From the sequence record SRR20825019_2740: a stretch of DNA of 49,578 nt; one strand, given 5' to 3'. This document shows positions 1 to 9,180 of the stretch, piece after piece. The first letter of the stretch is position 1; every line of letters begins with the position of its first letter. The translations under genes and the position numbers were made by a program. The notes below the pieces were generated by a model. That model searched no databases and was not told where the DNA came from. It saw only the letters and a list, made by a program, of their open reading frames with translations.

Positions 1-1
1 C

Positions 2-883
2 AGCGGTAACAAGGTGTTGTCTCCGGATGAGCCGCCGCAGGACGGCGTCTATACGGACACCATCACACGACTGCCTGATGCCGGTGAATACCAACTCAGC
101 GTTGTTGCGGATGGTCAAACGTTCTCCCGACGCTTCAGTACCGTTACCCGATATATTCAGCCCGAGGGCGAACAAGCCCCAATTGAGGCAGTCGTTTCTG
201 ACGAGCCCTCGCAGGAAGCGCCAGTGATGGAGGATGAGTTGCCAGAGGCCTCACCCGCTCCCGAAATTGAATCGCCTGTGTCCAGTTCCGGGCCGATCGA
301 TATCAGCCAGGTTGAAGAGCCAGAACCGAAGCCGCTTGAGGAACAGCCTGTCGATAAGGAAGAGGCGGAACCGGAAACGCCGGCCACCGTTGAGGAGGCG
401 GCGAGCGGCATTCCGTTCTGGGTATGGGCCGCTGCCGGCACCTTGGGTGTGGTGGCTGTCGCCGGGGTGGCATTCCTGTTCGTCAAGCGCAGAAAATCAG
501 CGCAGGATCAGGGCAACAACGAGGAGCCGCCCCTGGTCGCAGAGGAAACGCCGGAGGAAGAGGCTACCGCCGCACCCGAACCTGAACAGGCGCCTGAAGA
601 CGTACCCGAAGAGATACCTGAACCAGAACCGGTGCCGGAACCCGAACCCGAACCGGAAGAATTGCCGGAACCTGAAGAAGTGCCGGAACTCCAGCAAGAC
701 GAAGCGTTGCCCGAGGACGATATCCCCGTTGCTGATGCGGAAGTGGAGGACGGTGAAGACGAATTCGGGCTGGAGGACTTTGATCTCTCCGAGTTCGACG
801 ATTTGCCAGCCACTGATGAGGATAGTGAGCCCACCGACGACGAGTCTGAAAACGACGATAAGGATGGCGGAAAGGATCGGTAG
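2..883 (+). CDS. 5'-truncated membrane-anchored protein with a long acidic/Pro-rich C-terminal tail (probably the C-terminus of a VWA/TIGR03503-like protein)
   Basis: Frame is open from the window start (AGC GGT AAC AAG GTG...). Ig-like segment GEYQLSVVADGQTFSRR, TM helix IPFWVWAAAGTLGVVAVAGVAFLFV followed by KRRK, then an E/P/D-rich tail; TAG stop at 881-883. Confidence 0.6.
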   Translation, partial: SGNKVLSPDEPPQDGVYTDTITRLPDAGEYQLSVVADGQTFSRRFSTVTRYIQPEGEQAPIEAVVSDEPSQEAPVMEDELPEASPAPEIESPVSSSGPIDISQVEEPEPKPLEEQPVDKEEAEPETPATVEEAASGIPFWVWAAAGTLGVVAVAGVAFLFVKRRKSAQDQGNNEEPPLVAEETPEEEATAAPEPEQAPEDVPEEIPEPEPVPEPEPEPEELPEPEEVPELQQDEALPEDDIPVADAEVEDGEDEFGLEDFDLSEFDDLPATDEDSEPTDDESENDDKDGGKDR

Positions 884-946
884 TTGGCGGTTAATCGAAC
901 AGGGCTCTTATCAGAACGGCTTCGGTTCTCTATACTCTGAGTCTAT

Positions 947-966
947 TTTCAAACAGACGTTTAACC
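947..966. promoter_or_regulatory. PsrA-like (TetR family) operator just downstream of a TATACT -10 box (931-936)
   Basis: TTCAAAC-AGAC-GTTTAA matches the PsrA-type palindrome CAAAC-N4-GTTTG at 9/10 positions and lies between the -10 box and the moxR RBS. Confidence 0.5.
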
Positions 967-991
967 GTTAATTGAACAGGACACTATCAGC

Positions 992-1834
992 ATGAAGTTT
1001 ACCGGTACCGAGAAATATGTTGCCACTGATGACCTGCAGATGGCCGTCAACGCAGCCATAACGCTGCAACGCCCGCTACTGATCAAGGGCGAGCCCGGCA
1101 CTGGTAAAACCCTCCTGGCCGAAGAAATGGCTGCGTCCCTCGGCCTGCGCCTGATTCCCTGGCACATCAAATCCACCACTAAGGCCCAACAGGGACTGTA
1201 CGAATACGATGCGGTCTCCCGTCTGCGGGATTCCCAGCTCGGTGACGAGAAGGTCAAGGACATCAGCAACTACATCGTCAAGGGCAAGCTGTGGGAAGCC
1301 TTCGAATCCGAGGAACAGGTGGTGCTGCTGATCGATGAAATCGACAAGGCGGATATCGAGTTCCCGAATGATCTTCTGCTTGAACTCGATCGCATGGAAT
1401 TCTTCGTCTACGAGACACAGCAGTCTGTGCGTGCCAAGCATCGGCCTATCATTGTGATCACCAGTAACAACGAAAAGGAACTGCCGGACGCTTTCCTGCG
1501 CCGTTGTTTCTTCCACTACATCAGCTTCCCGGACCACGACACCATGAAGAGCATCGTGGACGTGCACTTCCCGGGTCTGCAGCAGCAGGTGGTTCGCGAT
1601 GCGCTGGAAGTTTTCTTCGACGTTCGCAAGGTGCCAGGGCTGAAGAAGAAGCCGTCCACTTCAGAACTGATCGATTGGCTTAAACTGCTGATGGCGGATG
1701 AGCTGTCTGCCAAAATGTTGCAGGAGAAGGACACCAGTTCCGCCTTGCCGCCGCTGTATGGCGCACTGGTGAAGAACGAGCAGGATGTCCACCTGTTGCA
1801 GAAGCTGGCCTTCATGGCCCGTCGTCGCAGCTGA
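992..1834 (+). CDS. MoxR-family AAA+ ATPase
   Basis: Walker A GEPGTGKT, Walker B LLIDEIDKA, sensor/R-finger region ITSNNEKELPDAFLRRC; AGGA RBS upstream. Confidence 0.93.
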   Translation: MKFTGTEKYVATDDLQMAVNAAITLQRPLLIKGEPGTGKTLLAEEMAASLGLRLIPWHIKSTTKAQQGLYEYDAVSRLRDSQLGDEKVKDISNYIVKGKLWEAFESEEQVVLLIDEIDKADIEFPNDLLLELDRMEFFVYETQQSVRAKHRPIIVITSNNEKELPDAFLRRCFFHYISFPDHDTMKSIVDVHFPGLQQQVVRDALEVFFDVRKVPGLKKKPSTSELIDWLKLLMADELSAKMLQEKDTSSALPPLYGALVKNEQDVHLLQKLAFMARRRS

Positions 1835-1856
1835 AATTCAGCAAGAGCAGCACCCT

Positions 1857-3035
1857 ATGTTGATTGATTTCTTTCTCGAAGTCCGGCGGGCCAAGGTGCC
1901 CGCCAGTCTGCGCGAACTCCTCGACCTGCTTGAAGCTCTGCAGAACAGGCTCGCCTTTGCGAATATGGAAGAGTTTTACTACCTGGCTCGTGTCTGCCTG
2001 GTCAAGGACGAGCGCCATTTCGATAAATTCGACCGGGCGTTCCAGGCCTATTTCGAGGGCATAGAAAACCTCGATGACCTGATGCAGGCGTTGATTCCGG
2101 ATGATTGGCTGCGCGCGGAATTTGAAAAGCAGCTGTCAGAAGAGGACAAGGCCAAAATCGATTCCCTCGGCGGTCTGGAAGAGCTGATCGATACCTTCAA
2201 GAAACGCATGGAAGAGCAGAAGGAGCGTCATCAGGGCGGCAACAAGTGGATTGGCACTGGTGGTACCTCACCCTTTGGTGCGAACGGTTACAACCCGGAA
2301 GGTTTTCGCATTGGCCAGAACAAGGGGCGTCATGGCCGCGCCGTAAAGGTTTGGGAAAAACGGGAGTTCAAGGACCTGGACGACAGCGTCACTCTCGGCA
2401 TTCGCAATATCAAGGTGGCCATGCGTCGGCTGCGTAAGTTTGCTCGCCAGGGTGCCGCGGACCAGCTCGACATGGACGATACTATCCGCTCCACTGCCCG
2501 CAATGCCGGGTACCTCGACTTGAAGATGGTTCCCGAGCGGCACAATGCGGTCAAAGTCCTGATCTTCTTCGACGTGGGTGGCTCCATGGACCCTCACGTG
2601 CGGGTCTGCGAGGAGCTCTTTTCGGCTGCTCGGCTCGAATTCAAGCACATGGAGTACTTCTACTTTCATAATTTCATCTATGAAAGCGTGTGGAAAAACA
2701 ACATCCGCCGGATGAACGAAACAACGAGCACCTGGGACATTCTTCACAAGTACACGCCGGACTACAAAGTGATCTTTGTAGGGGATGCCACCATGGCGCC
2801 CTATGAGGTGTCACACCCCGGCGGGTCCATCGAACACTGGAACGAGGAAGCGGGCGCAACGTGGTTTCAGCGCATTACCGATCACTTCCGCAAGGTGGTG
2901 TGGATCAATCCATTGCCGGAGAGCTACTGGGGCATGGGTGGGTCGCTCGGTATGACCCGTCAGCTGGTGAATGACCACATGTATCCGTTGACCATTGAAG
3001 GCCTGGAATCGGCCATGAAACAACTGAGCAAATAA
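1857..3035 (+). CDS. VWA (CoxE-like) domain protein, MoxR partner
   Basis: MIDAS-like DVGGSMD, FVGDA and WIGTGGTSPFG motifs; directly after moxR. ATG at 1857 (MLIDFF) preferred to the ORF-track start at 1785, which overlaps moxR. Confidence 0.88.
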   Translation: MLIDFFLEVRRAKVPASLRELLDLLEALQNRLAFANMEEFYYLARVCLVKDERHFDKFDRAFQAYFEGIENLDDLMQALIPDDWLRAEFEKQLSEEDKAKIDSLGGLEELIDTFKKRMEEQKERHQGGNKWIGTGGTSPFGANGYNPEGFRIGQNKGRHGRAVKVWEKREFKDLDDSVTLGIRNIKVAMRRLRKFARQGAADQLDMDDTIRSTARNAGYLDLKMVPERHNAVKVLIFFDVGGSMDPHVRVCEELFSAARLEFKHMEYFYFHNFIYESVWKNNIRRMNETTSTWDILHKYTPDYKVIFVGDATMAPYEVSHPGGSIEHWNEEAGATWFQRITDHFRKVVWINPLPESYWGMGGSLGMTRQLVNDHMYPLTIEGLESAMKQLSK

Positions 3036-3065
3036 AAAAAGCCGATGCGGTTGAGAGCATCGGCT
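3034..3065 (-). terminator. Rho-independent terminator with its U-tract on the minus strand
   Basis: Minus strand reads AGCCGATGC-TCTCAACC-GCATCGGCT followed by a T-run; no T-run follows the stem on the plus strand. Confidence 0.8.
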
Positions 3066-3108
3066 AAGCTCGGCATATCAAACGGGGTGGCCAAAAGGCT
3101 GTCCCGCG
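3034..3108 (-). ncRNA. Candidate sigma54-dependent sRNA (~75 nt)
   Basis: Bounded by a -24/-12 promoter at 3119-3134 and the minus-strand terminator; no protein-length ORF in between. Confidence 0.5.
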
Positions 3109-3118
3109 CTTCTCTCGT

Positions 3119-3134
3119 AGCAAATCCGGGGCCA
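3119..3134 (-). promoter_or_regulatory. sigma54 (RpoN) -24/-12 promoter
   Basis: Minus strand TGGCCCCGGATTTGCT versus consensus TGGCACGNNNNTTGCW; GG and GC are exactly spaced. Confidence 0.65.
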
Positions 3135-3153
3135 GTTTGAAATAGTTAATATA

Positions 3154-3166
3154 AATCAGCTGATTA
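3154..3166. promoter_or_regulatory. IHF-like binding site in an AT-rich patch
   Basis: AATCAG-CTGA-TTA matches WATCARNNNNTTR; it lies between the sigma54 promoter and upstream palindromes at 3182-3201 and 3227-3247. Confidence 0.5.
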
Positions 3167-3339
3167 GAATGAGTTTAGTGCATCTCCCGTGAACGGGAGA
3201 TTCCTCGGTGTTTTCCTCCTGTCAAAAAATCCGACGGTTTCGGATTTCCAATTGGTGATCTGGATACCGTTCTTGCCTGTTACCAAGTGTTACTCTTTCT
3301 GCCGGTTTGTTACAGAACATTGCTAGAGGCAGGAAGCAT

Positions 3340-3900
3340 ATGGTCGCCGGAGCGCAGCAAACAGTAACGGTTGGGCGCCAGGTCAGGGTGGCGTGGCTGG
3401 TCATTTTGGTCATGATGGTGGCATCTCAGCTCGGTTTGACGCGTAGCGCCTTTGCTGAGTCGCTGGACCAGGAGATCGACCGCCTGAAAGCCGATGTGGC
3501 GGACCTCAGCCAGACGTTGTACCAACTGGAGGAGAACGTACTCTACCCAGTCGACACGCAAGTGGCAGTTTTCCTGACACTCAGAAATCGGGAGGGGCTG
3601 GATCTGGACTCGGTGGAACTGTACCTGAACGACACGCCAGTTGCTTCTCACCTCTATACCGACCAGGAACGTGACTCCCTGAAGCAGGGCGGTGTCCAGC
3701 GGCTCTATATCGGTAACCTGCCTCATGGTGCCCATCAACTAAAAGCGGTTCTGACGGCACGTTCAGCGAACGAGCGCTTTGTTCGCCGTGAAGCGACCCA
3801 TCAATTTCGGAAGCGGCCCGGTGAATCCCGCATACAGCTGTCTCTGGATGCCGCGGCGCCGGACTACGAACCAGTGGTTTCGTTTCAGGAATGGAAATAG
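3340..3900 (+). CDS. Exported hypothetical protein, first gene of the TPR/ExbBD/TonB cluster
   Basis: Hydrophobic signal ending AFA-E, short coiled coil, then beta-rich domain (LKQGGVQRLYIGNL); no HTH seen. ATG at 3340 follows AGGAAG. Confidence 0.65.
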   Translation: MVAGAQQTVTVGRQVRVAWLVILVMMVASQLGLTRSAFAESLDQEIDRLKADVADLSQTLYQLEENVLYPVDTQVAVFLTLRNREGLDLDSVELYLNDTPVASHLYTDQERDSLKQGGVQRLYIGNLPHGAHQLKAVLTARSANERFVRREATHQFRKRPGESRIQLSLDAAAPDYEPVVSFQEWK

Positions 3901-3909
3901 GGCGAAAGG

Positions 3910-5553
3910 ATGGTCGTGCTCGCTAAGTTTCGGAAAGTCTCCACACGGTTTGCTCTCAGTCTGACCGCGGCCCTTATCCCGGGGCTGGCGTCCGGAGGCA
4001 GCGATTTGGCGTCGTTGCACTTGGGGCTCGCACAATTCGCCCTGGACACCCATGAACCGGCTGCAGCATTGCGTTATACCTGGAATGCCACTACCGAAGC
4101 CGAACGCCTGGTTCGCGCTAAAGCATTGTTAGTCACGGGGAGTCATCAGGAGGCTGAACGGCTGCTGAAAGAACTGATCGAAGGACAGTATTACCGCGGG
4201 CAGGCGGCACTATTGCTGGCGGAACTGCCGACGGACTCTGGAGACAACAAAACCCGGGAATACCTTGAAACTGCTGCGAAGCGGGCCAGTGGCAGCGACC
4301 GGCAAAAGGCGCTTTACCGATTGGCCGAGATTGAGCGGGAGGCGGGGCATACCGATCGGGCCGGGAAGGTGCTGGCGTCCATGGAGCCAGGCTATTGGGC
4401 TGCGCTGGGTTACATGAACATTGCGGCTGACTACGGCAGGCAGGACCGGACTCCATCGCGAGCACTGGTTGCACTTCGAGTGGCTCTGGCCATGTCCGAA
4501 GAAGACGTCGACAGCCAACGCAGCCAGGAACTCAGAAGCCGACTACTGGTTCGCGCCGGCTACCTTGCTTACGATCACGGAGACTACGAAAAGGCCATCG
4601 GCTTCCTGGAGAAAATCCCCCTGGAAAGCTACAGCACATCCCATGGCCTCTACCTTCACGGTCTTGCACTCTCGGCCAGTGGCAACCAGCGTGCGGCAAT
4701 GCAGTCCTGGCATCGCGCCAAAAAGTACCCACTGGCCTATCCTGGTGTGGCCAATGCCTGGCTTGGAACGGGTAGGGGGTACGACCTCGCCGGTTACCTG
4801 GGCCAGGCGGGTGAAGCTTATCTGGCAGCAAATGCGTCCTATGAAAGTGAACGGGTGACCCTTCGCAAACTGGCTGACCAGATCCGTCAGAAAGGTGCGT
4901 ATCAGGCGCTGGTACTGGACGCACGGAACTCTGAGGCCCAATGGTTCCTTGCCGACAACCGTACGCTCACACAGCCCCGTACTGCCTATCTAATTCGTTT
5001 CATTGAGCAGCCGGCTTCCCAGTCCGCCGTCAACCGGGTGGCTGAACTGAGGGAAATGAGGCAAACACTGAATCAGCGGGAAGACAGCCTTGCTGTTTTT
5101 CGGGGGGCCATCAGTGAGCGTTTGGGGCCCTTGGGGCACAACGTTGATGGCGGTCCATTCAACGAAGACATTGAAGTGCTGGTGCAGCGGTTGGCGAACC
5201 TGAAAGCCCGGACCATCTCTCCTGCACAACAAGAGGCGCTGAAAGGTGTAGCCAGGACATTGGCCGATCTGAAAGCGTCCGTTGGCAGGCTTGATGGAAG
5301 ATTGAAAAAGAAAGATCGCAAGCTCAATGAACTGATGACACGCACCGACCATGCGCTGGAGCGGATACGGACGGTCCGTCGCACGGCCGATGCACTTCTG
5401 AGCAGGGCGGAGTCGGAACTGGATGAACTGGCTCTGGCCTATGTCGAAGAGCAGGATCACCGTATGGCGTTTGCGTTGGATCGGACTGAGCAGCAGATTG
5501 CCCACCTGTACGAGTATCTGGCCCTGGAAAACCTTGAGCGAGGTCAGCCATGA
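3910..5553 (+). CDS. Exported tetratricopeptide-repeat protein with C-terminal coiled coil
   Basis: Signal-like N-terminus; TPR-like helices (LLVRAGYLAYDHGDYEKAIGFLEKI); overlaps the next gene (ATGA). Confidence 0.75.
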   Translation: MVVLAKFRKVSTRFALSLTAALIPGLASGGSDLASLHLGLAQFALDTHEPAAALRYTWNATTEAERLVRAKALLVTGSHQEAERLLKELIEGQYYRGQAALLLAELPTDSGDNKTREYLETAAKRASGSDRQKALYRLAEIEREAGHTDRAGKVLASMEPGYWAALGYMNIAADYGRQDRTPSRALVALRVALAMSEEDVDSQRSQELRSRLLVRAGYLAYDHGDYEKAIGFLEKIPLESYSTSHGLYLHGLALSASGNQRAAMQSWHRAKKYPLAYPGVANAWLGTGRGYDLAGYLGQAGEAYLAANASYESERVTLRKLADQIRQKGAYQALVLDARNSEAQWFLADNRTLTQPRTAYLIRFIEQPASQSAVNRVAELREMRQTLNQREDSLAVFRGAISERLGPLGHNVDGGPFNEDIEVLVQRLANLKARTISPAQQEALKGVARTLADLKASVGRLDGRLKKKDRKLNELMTRTDHALERIRTVRRTADALLSRAESELDELALAYVEEQDHRMAFALDRTEQQIAHLYEYLALENLERGQP

Positions 5554-8354
5554 AGCCAGTGGTGTCAATTTCCCTGACGGTGCTGTTTACGGCGTTCGCG
5601 GCGAGTGCCCAGGCACAGGAATCTTTCCGGGTAGAGCTCGGTCGCGACGGCGAAACCATCGCTGATATGCGCCCGGTTTTTCTGGAATTCCAGTCCCGAC
5701 CGATGCCGGCCATATCGCCAACAGAAGTTGCCCGTCGATACCAGCGATTGTTTGAACACTCTGATGAACCTGAAGTACGCATTGATGCACTTAACCGACT
5801 TTCCAATATCCAGAAGGTGACTGACGAGGACGTCAGCTTCAGCGAAGAACGCGAACAACAGGTATACCGGCAGGCGCTGGAAAGTTACGAATCCATTCTC
5901 GACAGGGGCGCCTACCAGGGCCGGCTTGATGAATTGCTATACCAGATGGCGAAGGCTCATGCCTACACGGGGCAGGCGGAGGAGTCTATTGACCGGTTAC
6001 GCCAACTGGTTGGTCTGTATCCTTCGTCCTCCCTGGTACCTGAGGCCCGCTTCCGCATTGCCGAGGCAGCGTTTTCGGCGGGAGACTATGCCGAGGCTGA
6101 GTCCGAGTACAGCCGTGTGATCTCGAGTGACGGCACCGATAGCCTGAAAACCAAGGCCCGATATATGCAGGGCTGGAGCCAGTACAAGCAAGGGTCTTCT
6201 GGCCGGACAAGGGCCGCAAAGACGTTCCTGGCGGTGCTGGACGGTGTCGGTGAGGAAACCAGTGGGTTTCGCCGCATTCCTGCCAGCGACGCTGAACTGG
6301 TTGACGACACCTTCAGGATTGTCGCTCTGATGGCGGCGGAAGACCGGGGCGTTGAATCCCTGGCAAGCTGGTTGACCGATGCGGGTGGCAAGGGCTTCGG
6401 GTACCTGCTGTACGACAGGCTGGCAGATTACTACGCCAGCAACCGGCGTTTTGAAGACAGCGTGGCGGTGAACAATGCCTTTGTTCGCGATTTCCAGGCG
6501 CATAACGCCGTACCGGCCTTTCTGGCCCAGAATGTGGATGTCCGGCGCATGGCGGGGCAAACTGATCGCGCAAGGGCCGCCAGGGCTGAGTATGTCCAGG
6601 CATTTGCCGGCGATGCCCGTTACCAGCAACTCGCGAAAGCGGATCAGGAACGCTGGCAGAATTTCAGCCGGTCACTGGCGGACTATCACTATGATCAGGC
6701 CGAAGAGGGGCAAGCGGAGCGCCAAGTGGCATCTTTCCGGTTGGCTGGGGGGTATTACAGCCAGTTGGCTGGCCGGAGCGGCCAGAAGGGAGACGTTCTT
6801 CGCATGGCCGGTGATGCGTTCCTGCAGGCAGGTGACCACACTGACGCCTTCAAGCATTACCAGCGTGCGGCTTATGACACGGATCATGAGACAAAAGAGT
6901 ATCCGGGGGCGGCGGATGCCGCCTGGGCTGCCATCGTAATTCAGCGTGATGCGCTGGATAATCGCAATTCACTTCCCGCGACACTGGACGACCTGGCTGC
7001 CGCCGCCGACCGCTTCGCGGCTGAGTTCCCAGAGGACGAACGTCAGGCTGGTCTGACGGCGGATATCGCCAACCGAATGCTCGCGGAGCATCGTTATGCT
7101 GACGCCCATCGGTTTGCCGAGCTTGCCATAGCCCATCCGTTGGTCAGCCCAGCCGAACGCTACAGTGCCTGGGTCGCAGCCGGTGAGGCGAACCTGGCGA
7201 TGGCGTCTTATGGGCTTGCTGAAAATGCCTGGCGTCAAGCACTGGCACTGATTTCAGAGGGGCTGTTACAGGAAGGGCGGGCCAAAGATACCGACAGTCT
7301 GAAACGGCAACTAGCCAGCAGCATCTACTACCAGGGGGAGAAAGCGGCGAGCGAGGGCCGCATTGACACCGCCGTGGCGCATTTTCAGCGTGTGGAGTCT
7401 GCGTTTCCGGGGTCGGACATTGCGATCAAGGGCCGTTACGACGCAGCAAATACACTTCTGAAGGCAGAGCGCTGGCAGGCTGCCGTTAATGAACTGACCC
7501 GATTTCGCACGGATTACCCGCAGCATGACCTGGCCCCAACCGTGGGCGAAAAGCTGGTGTTTGCCTATCAGTCATCGGGCCAACTGGTGCGCGCGGCGGA
7601 TGAAATCATGCGTGCCGACGAAGGAGAGTCGCCGTCCTGGGCTCAGCAACTGAGGGCGGCTGAGCTGTATCACAAGGCAGAGGCCCATGCGCGTCGCAAT
7701 CGCATCTACGTCGCGTGGCTCAACCGCGATTCCGCTGCTGCCGATTCCGAGAGCCATATCCTTAGTCAGACCCTGCGCCAGCGCCTTGTGCTCGACGATG
7801 TGGAGCCGCGGCGATATCGAATCGAGTTGGTAGAGCGAGAGCTCGCCAGCCAGTGGCATTCGGAAGACACGCTGGCGTGGGCTGGGCGGGCAGCCATCGT
7901 GCTGGGGGCGGAAGAGTCCGAGCGGTTTGCCGATGTTCCGCTACAGATTCCATTGGCCGAATCCCTGGGGCGCAAACAAGCGGCCCTCTCGGCTGCGCGG
8001 GAGCGTCTCTCACAAGCTGAGAAGCTGATTGGCGAGGGCGCAGGTTCGGAAATTCTGTTCCGTCGGGCAGAGCTGTACCGGGTGATGGCGCAGGATCTCA
8101 TGACGTCAGAAGCGCCGGCGAATCTGAGCGACCTTGAGGCAACCCAGTACCGGATGTTGCTTGAAGAAGAGGCCTACCCTTTCGAGGAAAAGGCCATCGA
8201 CCTGCACGCAAGGAATCATCAACGCCTGGCGGAAGGCCGGTTTGATGAGTGGATGGAACGCAGCCTGCAAGTTCTGGCGAACCTATTCCCCGGCAGGTAC
8301 GACCGGGAGGTGCGCTGGATGACGTGGAATGAGGAGGTCAACGATGATGCCTGA
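5550..8354 (+). CDS. Large exported TPR protein (GltD-like)
   Basis: Signal peptide ending AQA-Q; many TPRs (LLYQMAKAH, EARFRIAEAAF, ARYMQGWSQYK); C-terminal YRMLLEEEAYPFEEKAIDLH motif. Confidence 0.8.
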   Translation: MKPVVSISLTVLFTAFAASAQAQESFRVELGRDGETIADMRPVFLEFQSRPMPAISPTEVARRYQRLFEHSDEPEVRIDALNRLSNIQKVTDEDVSFSEEREQQVYRQALESYESILDRGAYQGRLDELLYQMAKAHAYTGQAEESIDRLRQLVGLYPSSSLVPEARFRIAEAAFSAGDYAEAESEYSRVISSDGTDSLKTKARYMQGWSQYKQGSSGRTRAAKTFLAVLDGVGEETSGFRRIPASDAELVDDTFRIVALMAAEDRGVESLASWLTDAGGKGFGYLLYDRLADYYASNRRFEDSVAVNNAFVRDFQAHNAVPAFLAQNVDVRRMAGQTDRARAARAEYVQAFAGDARYQQLAKADQERWQNFSRSLADYHYDQAEEGQAERQVASFRLAGGYYSQLAGRSGQKGDVLRMAGDAFLQAGDHTDAFKHYQRAAYDTDHETKEYPGAADAAWAAIVIQRDALDNRNSLPATLDDLAAAADRFAAEFPEDERQAGLTADIANRMLAEHRYADAHRFAELAIAHPLVSPAERYSAWVAAGEANLAMASYGLAENAWRQALALISEGLLQEGRAKDTDSLKRQLASSIYYQGEKAASEGRIDTAVAHFQRVESAFPGSDIAIKGRYDAANTLLKAERWQAAVNELTRFRTDYPQHDLAPTVGEKLVFAYQSSGQLVRAADEIMRADEGESPSWAQQLRAAELYHKAEAHARRNRIYVAWLNRDSAAADSESHILSQTLRQRLVLDDVEPRRYRIELVERELASQWHSEDTLAWAGRAAIVLGAEESERFADVPLQIPLAESLGRKQAALSAARERLSQAEKLIGEGAGSEILFRRAELYRVMAQDLMTSEAPANLSDLEATQYRMLLEEEAYPFEEKAIDLHARNHQRLAEGRFDEWMERSLQVLANLFPGRYDREVRWMTWNEEVNDDA

Positions 8355-8811
8355 AACAGCACGTGCGGTTCTGCTCACAGGGTGTCTTGCGTTGCTGGCG
8401 GGGTGCGCCAGCCAGCCCAAGCCGGAGCCGGTGGTCGTCAACACCGCCGAGGCCAGTGAACTGGCACGTCAGGCCTGGGAGGCACACCAGCAGGGACGCA
8501 AGGAAGAGGCCCTCGAACGGTACCGTGAGGCTTTTGATATCAACCCGGCCAACGCGCTCACGGCCAATAACCTGGCATTGTTGCTGCGAGAACAGGGACG
8601 ATTTGAGGAGGCGGTGACGGTGCTGGAGACGGGGCTCAGCCACTCCCCGGCTACCGCCGAACTGCATTACAACCTTGCTGTTATCTCAGAGCTGTATCTG
8701 CTGGACCTGGACGGCGCACTGGCGCATTACCGCCGTTACCGCGAATTGGCGGGCACCGAGGAGAAGCAGGTGGCCGGATGGATTGCGGACCTTGAAAGGA
8801 GGCTGGACTGA
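8344..8811 (+). CDS. TPR lipoprotein (GltE-like)
   Basis: Lipobox LAGC; TPRs NNLALLLREQGRFEEA and HYNLAVISELY; GAGGAGG RBS at 8331. Confidence 0.8.
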   Translation: MMPETARAVLLTGCLALLAGCASQPKPEPVVVNTAEASELARQAWEAHQQGRKEEALERYREAFDINPANALTANNLALLLREQGRFEEAVTVLETGLSHSPATAELHYNLAVISELYLLDLDGALAHYRRYRELAGTEEKQVAGWIADLERRLD

Positions 8812-9162
8812 ATGCGCTTTTATCGACGATTGGCGACGGCCGGGATGAGCTTGATGCTTACCCCGTTCATGGCCTTTGCAAATGAGGCGTCCAATGCCTC
8901 GGAAGCGGTTGTGTCTCAGGCCGCGGATAACACCGTCGCACTGGGCGTGGAGGGAATCAACCGCCATACCGGGGACGATGATCCCGGCGTGCTTTATATC
9001 CTGCCCTGGCAGCCGCCGACCTTGCCGCGGCGTTCACGCGCTGAACTGGATGCCGGAAGCGAGGAACTGCTCGAACCCAAGGACCCGCTGACCCTTGAGC
9101 GTCACCGGACCTTTCGTGAAACCCTGAATCCATTGTTGGATTCCACTCTTTCCCTGCAGTAG
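8812..9162 (+). CDS. Small exported protein (GltF-like)
   Basis: Signal peptide ending AFA; motif GINRHTGDDDPGVLYILPWQ; sits between the TPR lipoprotein and the ExbB gene. Confidence 0.6.
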   Translation: MRFYRRLATAGMSLMLTPFMAFANEASNASEAVVSQAADNTVALGVEGINRHTGDDDPGVLYILPWQPPTLPRRSRAELDAGSEELLEPKDPLTLERHRTFRETLNPLLDSTLSLQ

Positions 9163-9180
9163 AGAATCGGGAGTCTGAAT

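Noticed and set aside
234-971. 245-aa Arg-rich alternative-frame ORF (and similar ones over 10865-11511)
   Set aside because: Frame-shifted reading of Glu/Pro-rich low-complexity coding sequence.
3221-3235. GTCAAAAAATCCGAC resembling a FleQ box
   Set aside because: One base longer than the 14-bp GTC-N8-GAC pattern; not enough to name the activator.
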